Positions 57,201 through 64,000 of a DNA stretch of 64,000 nucleotides are shown one piece after another. Each line of letters starts with the position of its first letter. Within the stretch, counting starts at the first letter, position 1. The notes under the pieces are model-generated. The model was not told where the DNA came from, did not search any database, and saw nothing but the letters and a program-made list of their open reading frames with translations. Source of the DNA: Amphiscolops sp. MND2022 (Eukaryota); contig OZ076409.1 in the NCBI GenBank assembly GCA_964187785.1, positions 76,818,001 through 76,882,000 of the forward strand. Direction: 5' to 3'. The translations under genes and the position numbers were made by a program.

Positions 57201-59456
57201 CAGCGATTGATGGAGGAAAATCACGTTTACAAAGTGAGCATGCAGAGAATTGGTAGCCAGCCCCCCGACTTCCTAAACTGGTGGCAAACCCGTGGGCTCA
57301 TCTCGGAAGTGTTTACCGGTAGCCCTATGCTGGTCTGGGTGCACTATGGCGGTCCCGAAGGTAACGATACCACGGAACTGTGCAGTGCCAGCCAAGAGGT
57401 GCCCACACCCACTATGACCGGAAATTCAACCCTTGGTACAGAAAGCCACGAACAGGCGCCTCCAACTGCCGACACAATTAGTTGGGTCCGCGTTCCCTGT
57501 GATGTGCGAAGCGCCCAAAGAGACGACCCCCATATCGGCATCATTTTCAAGATGATCACTCTGGAGCATGATGATGCTGACCTCGTGGACCTCGGAGAAG
57601 TCCCGTTCACGAAAGCTGAAGCAATTGGATACGGGGATGAAGTGGTTACCCTTTGGGGGCAATGGCCACAACTTACCATCCGCAAAGGGATTCTGTACCG
57701 ATACTGGCAAGAATCTTCAGACGCTGAAAAAGTGTTTCAACTGGTGCTGCCCCTCGTGCACCAGAAAGATGTTCTTGACCAATTGCATGACTCTCCCGTT
57801 AGTGGGGGTCACTTTGCTGTCGAAAAGACCCTCAACAGGATCCGACAACGGTTCTGGTGGCCGCAAATGCGTCAACACGTGGAGAAGAAGGTGGAACTTT
57901 GTATTCCGTGCGCCGCGAGACGCACCGCAGGAAAGCGACGAACTGCTGAGCTACAACCTATGCAAGTGGGGACGAGGTTCAACACAGTTGCTGCTGACAT
58001 CTTGGGTCCCGTGACCAAAGGGGGAAAAACGAAATGCAAATACGTTCTGGCAATGACAGACCTCTTCACAAAATACGTCGTGGCTGTACCTCTGAAGGAC
58101 CTAGACGCTAAAGAGGTAGCCAACAGTCTAGTGGAGAACTGGGTCCTACGATTTGGCGTGCCCGACGTCTTACACACTGACCAAGGCACAAACTTCAACA
58201 GTGACCTGATGAAGGAGGTTTGCAGTCTTCTCCAAATCGACAAAAGTTGGACAACTGCATATCACCCTGAGGGAAACGGTCAAGTGGAGAGGTTCAACAG
58301 AGTGATTGCCGATACCATCTCGAAATACTGTGCGGAAAACCCAAGAACATGGGACGAATTTCTGCCCTATGTGACTTTTGTCTACAACACCACGGTCCAC
58401 AAGACGACGAGAGCAACCCCTTTCAGTCCGATATATGGACAGGAAAGCCAGTACCCGATTGATTTGTTTTATCCCAAGCCAATAGACTACGAATACAAGG
58501 AGGGGGCTGATTTTGCTGCTCAACTTCACGAGACGTTCCGCGAAGTCCAAGCTAACGCTAGGCAAGTTTTGGGAAGCACGCAGCGCAGGCGGAAAGACCT
58601 CTATCACAAAAAAGTGTATGGAGAACCCTACAAGGAGGGGGACAAAGTGTGGCTGTTCTCCCCTCACAAAGCTAAATCGAGGAAGTTCTTCCTTCCCTGG
58701 GAGGGACCGTATGTGGTAGGAGAACGACTGAATGAGGTAATCTACAAGGTCTGGAAGGAGTCTAAGCAACTGAAGTGGTTCACCGTCCACTTCAACCGAC
58801 TCAAACCCTACAAGTGCGCCCAACCGGAACTACGACAGTTCAGCAGACCCCGGCCTCATGCCGAGGAAGTTGCTTTCGACTACCGTCTTTGGGGGGACTC
58901 ACTCCTAGAGCTAGACACGCCTTCACCATCGCCCCCCACCAGAAAAACGAATGCTGCTCCGCCAGTTCCCAAGGAAGGACAACCAACGGAGCCAGAGGGG
59001 TTGGAGTTGACCATCAGTGTACCGGACATTGACAACGAACAACCCCCACCAATCTTCACTCCTTCGACCCCCGTCCCTGGTAGCGCCCTGCCCCCTTACA
59101 CTTTCATAGACGACCCTTCCCCCCCACTGCATGCAATAGTTGCAGATAGCCATCAAGCTGACGAAAATCCTGGGGAGCATGGATCAGCGACACCGCTAGT
59201 GCTTGAACAAACAAAACCACAACATCAAGCGGAGCAGAGCAGGTGCTCACTGCATGAGTCACCACCGCAAACGCAAGGAAGCGAGGAGCGCGACGACGAA
59301 CGACACGGGAATGTCCCAAGTCAAGGGACAAAGGCGAGCGACCGAGAGCTCGGAGAGAACGGAGCTGGCGAGGAGGAGAGTCAGCGTGTGGATCCAGTGA
59401 TGAGCCGGCCGAAGCGAATGCGCTTTCGTCCGGTACGCTATGGGATCGACGACTAG
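54144..59456 (+). CDS. pol: Pol of element 2: protease, long spacer, RT, RNase H, degenerate macrodomain, integrase with GPY/F, acidic Pro-rich tail
   Basis: LIDTGAS, FLDD, DTDAS, HDSPVSGGH...CIPC, ADILGP/TDQG/VER, and PWEGPY. Uninterrupted over 1770 codons. Confidence 0.97.
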   Translation: MLSMPPKGTFCSGLSQSAAEWSFKLVRAEQSSGVPTSAQQKSDCNPTPATTSTQPPCSDFPNATPTILSKQSGRPIVFEKAAAPEREEIEQRLCTQIEVKIPQGPSLWVPLMVENEKKWSLIDTGASSNLLCKKLQEQVGGTLEPYGGVVVDPKGEPLPIIGVTRVRLNVAGLVTTEKFLVMDGLNPDVTVGLRFLLEKGCQLDWQHCCLWLEGGKRRAPMTVAGPLMPNDPDPILTLYATSNPTSPTVKYQPNQPQSASPEPVLGTTEAGNENPSCIEGTPVSVGNPPQDAEDFRGSFISETGFRKQREIPWSDVRDGKVRFRGRAKSVVSARRWASTVRSVSPKGTQRRSSIPLCFRLPETFESSSTADMEAQQTQLAADVETILQLTAPDADESMRQRLRPLIEEFRDVFALTDEELGSTNLTTHRIDTGDALPIKRPPHRMAPGKIPEMKAEVQDMLKRGIIRPSKSPYSSPIVIVKKKDGANRFCVDYRKLNEITRKDAFPIPRIEQTLDALEGSSFFSTLDLASGYWQVPVATEDIPKTAFVTPDGGLYEYVRMPFGLCNAPATFQRLMNEIYGDALYKFVIVFLDDVLVYSKTEDSHFEQLRETFTRLRKANLKLKPKKCNLFQRKVGYLGHVIDQAGSRPDPGKLDALRTWPQPNTVTGVRSFLGFCSYYRKFIKGFAEIARPLHELTRKGLKFTWLPEHTAAFNELKDRLLKEPTLNFPDFNQPFVIDTDASDNNLGAVLSNVVNGEERPLAYISRVLSKTETMYSTTKREALAVVQALKWFRSYILGLKVIIRTDHASLRWMFRQNADGMTFRMVQKLQEYDYTIVHRPGAKHGNADGLSRREDPKENWKEGELEALLGHCPEPTTYEEALEEVRDFLKVVKELQDARSLDSPHEPPEEPDSGACRTIQASSFKVDPVMELDDWFYDSGRSMVQCVTADFRLITVHPSDPVHDPFLETLIQGLKRQPMPGDTLAVRDMESPRWRFYMITKKFAWEKTSFRTLRECLSQLQRLMEENHVYKVSMQRIGSQPPDFLNWWQTRGLISEVFTGSPMLVWVHYGGPEGNDTTELCSASQEVPTPTMTGNSTLGTESHEQAPPTADTISWVRVPCDVRSAQRDDPHIGIIFKMITLEHDDADLVDLGEVPFTKAEAIGYGDEVVTLWGQWPQLTIRKGILYRYWQESSDAEKVFQLVLPLVHQKDVLDQLHDSPVSGGHFAVEKTLNRIRQRFWWPQMRQHVEKKVELCIPCAARRTAGKRRTAELQPMQVGTRFNTVAADILGPVTKGGKTKCKYVLAMTDLFTKYVVAVPLKDLDAKEVANSLVENWVLRFGVPDVLHTDQGTNFNSDLMKEVCSLLQIDKSWTTAYHPEGNGQVERFNRVIADTISKYCAENPRTWDEFLPYVTFVYNTTVHKTTRATPFSPIYGQESQYPIDLFYPKPIDYEYKEGADFAAQLHETFREVQANARQVLGSTQRRRKDLYHKKVYGEPYKEGDKVWLFSPHKAKSRKFFLPWEGPYVVGERLNEVIYKVWKESKQLKWFTVHFNRLKPYKCAQPELRQFSRPRPHAEEVAFDYRLWGDSLLELDTPSPSPPTRKTNAAPPVPKEGQPTEPEGLELTISVPDIDNEQPPPIFTPSTPVPGSALPPYTFIDDPSPPLHAIVADSHQADENPGEHGSATPLVLEQTKPQHQAEQSRCSLHESPPQTQGSEERDDERHGNVPSQGTKASDRELGENGAGEEESQRVDPVMSRPKRMRFRPVRYGIDD
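54210..54216 (+). promoter_or_regulatory. -1 frameshift heptamer U_UUA_AAC, element 2
   Basis: CAT TTA AAC TAG, with pol in the -1 frame. Confidence 0.85.
56925..57345 (+). other. Divergent TARG1-like macrodomain within Pol of element 2
   Basis: SMVQCVTADF...PGDTLAVRD....RFYMITKKFAWEKTSFRTLRECLSQLQ..M....VYKVSMQRIG....DFLNW...GLISEVF, at the same RH-IN position as in element 1. Confidence 0.7.
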
Positions 59457-59706
59457 GAGTGGAAAACCACTCCGACCTCGACTGTAGTCTGCTTGCAGGA
59501 GGCAGACGACAAAGAGGAAGCAAATCCTGCGGCACGAGTGTCCCACCGTGCCACGCTTTCTCCTGCGTTCCGCTGAGCACGGAAAACGAGAACTACCGAA
59601 ACAGTCCTTCGCCTGCTTAGCTGAACAATGAAGAAAGCATCGCCATCAGTTGCCTTGTTTCACGAATAGCTTCTCCACTGCCATTAAACCTGCTACCACT
59701 CGTGCG

Positions 59707-62025
59707 ATGCAGTTGATCGTCCTATGTTGCTGCCTTTCCTTCCTTTGGCATCCCATCGTCAACGAAGACCTGGAAGACTGGGATGTTCATGACTTATCTT
59801 TTAAACAATCTGAACGCATGGCTTCCACCTTCTCCAACAGCACCCACTCAGTGTCTGGAGCCGCTTTCACCCCCGAAGGCACAGTGATCCTGACAACGTC
59901 CATGAAGGCAACCTGGGTGTACGTGCCATTTCCAGAAGTGCCAGCATTGAGTGGGGACTTCGTCAAAGCCATGGTGAAGAAATTCGACTCCGCCATCTCT
60001 GGTACCTTTGGCGCACCCGATCGAGTCTGTAAGGACACGGGGACTTTGGGAGAGACTTTCCCGCTCTTCTATGGACGAGCCCTGGGCGAACTCTGGCGGA
60101 GCCTCAACAGGTTCTCAGCGGATCTGGATGCCATTCGACGAAGTGCTACAGTTTTTGTCAACAACACTGGCCACACTGAGCTGTCAAGAGCAAGGCGAGT
60201 GGTGCCTCACCTGGTAGCAGCCGCAACAGCCACGATTTTTGAACCCGTTCTACGGAAAGTGGGATGTGCTGTTTTGTCCCCAATTGGTTTCTGCAGCGAC
60301 CCCAGGGCACAAAGAATTGAAACCCTGTACGCCCAACTGCGCCATCTCGAGGGCCGAGTCCGCCAACTGGAGGAGGGTGCATGGCTGACCCATGTCGTGG
60401 AACCCCCGAGGGACGCAGAACGATGGGTTGAACCCGTGCTCTCCCTGAATCGCTCCATCAATGAGGGAAAGTTGTTGACCCTCGTTCCTTGCATGGAGGA
60501 CCTTGTGAAAAGGATGGACCGTTACCTCATTTGTGCACCCAACCACAAAACGAGTGAGTTTGAGATGAGTGCCCTCCACTTGGGACTCTATGACAACATA
60601 ACATCCACGATCGGCGCCATGGCTACGGAGATTGACCAGAGAAGAGTAGCGCTTCAAAGTTTTGGATCCTTGCTTCACGATGCCCTGGGATCCCTGGTTC
60701 ATGGGTTTCTGCCAACCACATTAATTCCCCCAGACGCGCTGGTGCAAATTCTGCGTCAGATCCCAAGAGGAACCCTGGTTGAGGCCATTCCGCGGAATCA
60801 ACTATCCGCCTACTACAGTTTCGAGATAGTACGGGAAACGTACATTTCGAATAGTGGTCTGCACATTCTGCTGGAAATTCCGCTGCACGCATCAACGGGC
60901 ATGCATTCGGTCATGAGAGCAACACCTTTGCCGCAACCAATACCGGGGGGTCGAGGTACCGCCACCCAATACAAATTACGGAAAAACTTCTTACTTCTGT
61001 CGTGGGATCGCACCAACTTTGCAGAGGTCAGTGAGGAAAAACTGTTGGACCATTGTCAAGGCACTGGCCGGCTGAAGTTATGCAAGAAGCCCTTCGCCGC
61101 TACTGTCTCTCAACGGACTACTTGCTTGACTGGACTCTACTTCAACTTGGTGTCAGTTGTCTTGAAACTATGCGACCAAGAGGTAATCCCCCTGCCTCAG
61201 CAACCGCAGGCAGAATACTTGTACGACTCAACGTACCTGCTCACTTCGGCGGATGGAAATTTCCTGATGCAAAACTTCACGGAAGGAAGGAAAACCCAGA
61301 AAATGAACGGATGCCAGAGTTGTTTGGTGAAACCGTCATGTAACGGGCGAATCCAACTGCCTAGCGGTGGGCTTGTGTTGCGACCCGACCCCGAGACGTG
61401 CCGGAACGACGCTGAAGGAACGGTCAACATTCTGCCTGCCCCACAGCTGCGTGCCATTTTCGGAGCCTTGGCAGAGATCGCCCAAGAAGTGCCTTACTCC
61501 CTGGTGAGTGACCTGCAGGGTGAGATCCTGGACCACGTCCGCCTCAACCTTGCCCAGCTGAACGACGCCGATCTCACTGATGCTGCCATTGGAAGTGTGG
61601 TCGAGCCATTCATCGACCAAGTGCGGTTGGCCCATGGTGTCGGTATGAAGTGGCTCATTCGGCGAGTAGTCCTTCCAGCAGTTTCGGGAGTCTGCGCTCT
61701 GACCCTGACCGCGGGATGCCTCTACCTGAGTCGACAACCAATCCGTCACGCCCTGCAGCGCGGGGTGAGGTCAGTGCGCCGGAGGAACGAGAGACGAATC
61801 ATCCGGCAGAAGCGACAACAACTGCAGGACGAAGCTCGCGCCGATGCGGAAGCGGTGCCTCGAATACACATGGGGGTGCGCCAAATTGCAGCGGAGAGTG
61901 AACGACCAGCGACAAATGAGGCGACAATGGCAGAGCTCCATGACCCAACACACACATCGGTGAAGGTACCCCGAAGAAAGGGTGGAGAGCAGGGCGAGAG
62001 ATGCAGAGCAGACGAGAAGCCGTGA
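59707..62025 (+). CDS. env: Env of element 2, homologous to Env of element 1
   Basis: ATG at 59707 with signal MQLIVLCCCLSFLWHP, furin RARR (60187-60198) followed by VVPHLVAAATATIF, the same Cys pattern as Env 1, and TM VVLPAVSGVCALTLTAGCLYL. Confidence 0.9.
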   Translation: MQLIVLCCCLSFLWHPIVNEDLEDWDVHDLSFKQSERMASTFSNSTHSVSGAAFTPEGTVILTTSMKATWVYVPFPEVPALSGDFVKAMVKKFDSAISGTFGAPDRVCKDTGTLGETFPLFYGRALGELWRSLNRFSADLDAIRRSATVFVNNTGHTELSRARRVVPHLVAAATATIFEPVLRKVGCAVLSPIGFCSDPRAQRIETLYAQLRHLEGRVRQLEEGAWLTHVVEPPRDAERWVEPVLSLNRSINEGKLLTLVPCMEDLVKRMDRYLICAPNHKTSEFEMSALHLGLYDNITSTIGAMATEIDQRRVALQSFGSLLHDALGSLVHGFLPTTLIPPDALVQILRQIPRGTLVEAIPRNQLSAYYSFEIVRETYISNSGLHILLEIPLHASTGMHSVMRATPLPQPIPGGRGTATQYKLRKNFLLLSWDRTNFAEVSEEKLLDHCQGTGRLKLCKKPFAATVSQRTTCLTGLYFNLVSVVLKLCDQEVIPLPQQPQAEYLYDSTYLLTSADGNFLMQNFTEGRKTQKMNGCQSCLVKPSCNGRIQLPSGGLVLRPDPETCRNDAEGTVNILPAPQLRAIFGALAEIAQEVPYSLVSDLQGEILDHVRLNLAQLNDADLTDAAIGSVVEPFIDQVRLAHGVGMKWLIRRVVLPAVSGVCALTLTAGCLYLSRQPIRHALQRGVRSVRRRNERRIIRQKRQQLQDEARADAEAVPRIHMGVRQIAAESERPATNEATMAELHDPTHTSVKVPRRKGGEQGERCRADEKP

Positions 62026-62590
62026 CCCGCAACTGGAGATATGGTGGCCGTTAGTAAGCCTGCCAATCTTCAACAACTTTTTTTTTTACAAAACTCTTTG
62101 CATGTTAATTACGAAACTCTTTGCATGTTAACCCTTGTAGAACCCCCCTTCTGCCTCACTATTGCTTTCAAACATATTGATTTCCAGGAAAAAGAAACTG
62201 ATGGACCATTTTTTTTTTAAAAAAAAAAATACATATACGTATATGAATATTCAAAAACCTCGCACTTTCGAAATCGCCGGCGAATTTTTCTTGATATCCG
62301 AAAAAAATTTGTGCATCATATTTTTTTTCTTGTCTATTTCTTTTATTGTTTTTTTTTTAAAAAAAACAGTCCAGGCAAAAATTTCAATGCCTGCACAACA
62401 AGTATGACTCATACGAACTCAAGATATATTGGATATTGGACACGTGATTGTAAACGAACAAAACGGCGAGCTTGAATTCTTAATGAGCGAGATGGAAGCT
62501 AACTGAGAGCATTTTAGTATACTTGAAGCGGAATGCATTTCTGGCTAATCCCCCGACGTTTACTTGTATACGCAGCTGCAGCTGCAAATT

Positions 62591-62711
62591 CACGTCACGC
62601 GTGAGTGCGATGACTCATGCTGTTTAACGAACTGTCGCTCGCACTACTCGTAATCACCGCGCTCTCCGGCCATAAATATTTTCTCCGCAACCGTAATCCG
62701 TCGCTTTCATT
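62591..62711 (+). promoter_or_regulatory. Candidate internal promoter for the post-env ORF
   Basis: CACGTCA (62591), AP-1 TGACTCA (62611-62617), CATAAATA (62671-62678) and Inr-like TCATT (62707-62711). Confidence 0.4.
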
Positions 62712-62783
62712 CCAGTCAAAATTTTGTTTCTATTTTTTTCTCAAACATCTTCGCCTCCGATAAATAAAGAAGAAAAAACTACA

Positions 62784-63344
62784 ATGTCCACCGCTCAGAA
62801 CAACCGCCCAGCTATCCAATCAATCCTCCCTCTCGATATCCTGCCCTGCACCGTCAAACTGGGTGATAACTGGATCCGGATCCACGAGTTCGCAGCGCCA
62901 ACAAGCGACGCCGACGCTGAGGCGTACATACTAATGGACAAGTGGGAAAATGGACGGTGGAAATCAGACCCTCAAACTTTGAGCATCCACGATGAATTCT
63001 TATGGGAATTAGCAGCTCTGCTGTTGGAGGTCAGCCTCCGGAAAGGCGACCGGGTGCGGATGTGTTTGGCCTTTGTCCAGTTTCTGACACAGCCCAGCGT
63101 GCCAGCGAACGACGACCATCCGGAGTCCGCGGGCAACCTCCCACAGTTTGGGCTAACAAGCTCAGTAGGGAGGGCGCTGATGGGTGCGAACAACCAGCAG
63201 GATCAAGCACGCAGCGCATGGATGCGGGAGTGGCTCGCACTGTTAGCCCCGCGCAATGAGGAGCCGCAGCCGCCACCCTATGCCGCAGAGCCGGGCGAAA
63301 ACGAAACTGTGGTGACAAGGAACCCGGACCCGCCATCCCGCTAA
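62784..63344 (+). CDS. Accessory ORF of element 2 (186 aa; possible PC4-like ssDNA-binding fold; C-terminal PPPY)
   Basis: ACAATG start, GC-rich open frame between AT-rich flanks, and VKLGDNWIRIHEF...YILMDKWENGRWKS...LSI..EFLWELAALL. The fold call is inference. Confidence 0.65.
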   Translation: MSTAQNNRPAIQSILPLDILPCTVKLGDNWIRIHEFAAPTSDADAEAYILMDKWENGRWKSDPQTLSIHDEFLWELAALLLEVSLRKGDRVRMCLAFVQFLTQPSVPANDDHPESAGNLPQFGLTSSVGRALMGANNQQDQARSAWMREWLALLAPRNEEPQPPPYAAEPGENETVVTRNPDPPSR

Positions 63345-63683
63345 GTCTTCCGGGTTTTTGTTGAGTTATTTTTTTTGGTTTTTTTTTGTTATACAAAACT
63401 GTTGTCCATCAGTTTTTTGTTACCCTTACCCTGTGGCTAAAACCACCTTGCGTGGCTCGAAACGCAGTGTGACACGGCTTCCTGGAATAGATACCACTGT
63501 GATTGTTGATGTTCTACTATTAACATTTTTTTTGGAAATCTTCTATTGTTTTGTTTTCATACGCAATCTCAACCCCAACCTCAGTCTTTGAGTCCTATGA
63601 CCTGCCCCTACCCCCCAATCTCAGCTCACCCATTTTGATAGGATGTCGATACCTCTGAAACTATCCAGGAGTATAGTTAGTCT

Positions 63684-63695
63684 GGAAGGGAGGAA
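63684..63695 (+). promoter_or_regulatory. Polypurine tract of element 2
   Basis: GGAAGGGAGGAA immediately precedes TGTAGAAAAG. Confidence 0.85.
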
Positions 63696-64000
63696 TGTAG
63701 AAAAGTTCTACAGGCATGAAAATTAGGACGCATTGTATTCCTTTTCTCCGCGCGCGTCGCGGCAGCGGCATTGTATTATTTAGTCACAAAGCGTAGCACA
63801 GTACTTGCATAAAGCACGTGACGAATACCGAGCATAAAAGTTGAACAATATATGAATACAATCACAGCATACTCACAGAGGACGACTCAAAATTAATAAA
63901 AGGAACATACTAACGATCGGCAACGTATACTATTTTTCCTTCAATCCCCTAACCGCCATACAATGATATTCCCCTCGCGACTCCAGATATCTACAAGCTA
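63696..64000 (+). repeat. 3' LTR of element 2 (first 305 bp; truncated by window end)
   Basis: Matches 48949-49253 (offset 14747) with one substitution seen, and includes the last 71 bp of the antisense ORF. Confidence 0.95.

Larger units (their letters stand above)
48949..64000 (+). mobile_element. Element 2: env-bearing Ty3/Gypsy retroelement with very long LTR; 3' LTR runs off the window
   Basis: The LTR start at 48949 is repeated at 63696. PBS-like site, PPT, and intact gag, pol, env and accessory ORFs are present. Confidence 0.95.

Noticed and set aside
34664-61901. Many 60-220 aa ORFs overlapping gag/pol/env in other frames or antisense (e.g. 58170-58823, 59104-59580, 35618-36037)
   Set aside because: These are expected shadow ORFs of long GC-richer coding sequence with no recognisable motifs.
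1-64000. Assigning the host species (repeat style suggested an acoel or other marine invertebrate)
   Set aside because: This is an impression only. There is no diagnostic host gene or rRNA in the window.

Overview
This window is AT-rich, repeat-dense eukaryotic (probably invertebrate animal) DNA. It is not prokaryotic, and I see no CRISPR array or rRNA. The left half (1-32 kb) holds non-autonomous DNA transposons, a solo LTR, palindromic MITE-like elements, tRNA-like SINE heads, a decayed minus-strand Gypsy element and at least one probable host exon. The right half holds two apparently intact, young Ty3/Gypsy-type retroelements with env genes and unusual accessory genes. Element 1 (32115-44874, 700-bp LTRs, nested in a DNA transposon) has the order ORF A, ORF B, gag, pol with a TARG1/OARD1-type macrodomain, env, and a J-domain (HPD) ORF. 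One splice donor in its LTR (AT|GTAAGT) could build in-frame ATG codons for three of these ORFs. Element 2 (48949 to beyond 64000) has a predicted 3.48-kb LTR containing an antisense HHCC-zinc-finger plus OTU-like ORF, followed by gag, pol with a degenerate macrodomain, a homologous env, and a further ORF with possible PC4-like fold and a PPPY motif. All domain calls are by eye from motifs, with no database search.
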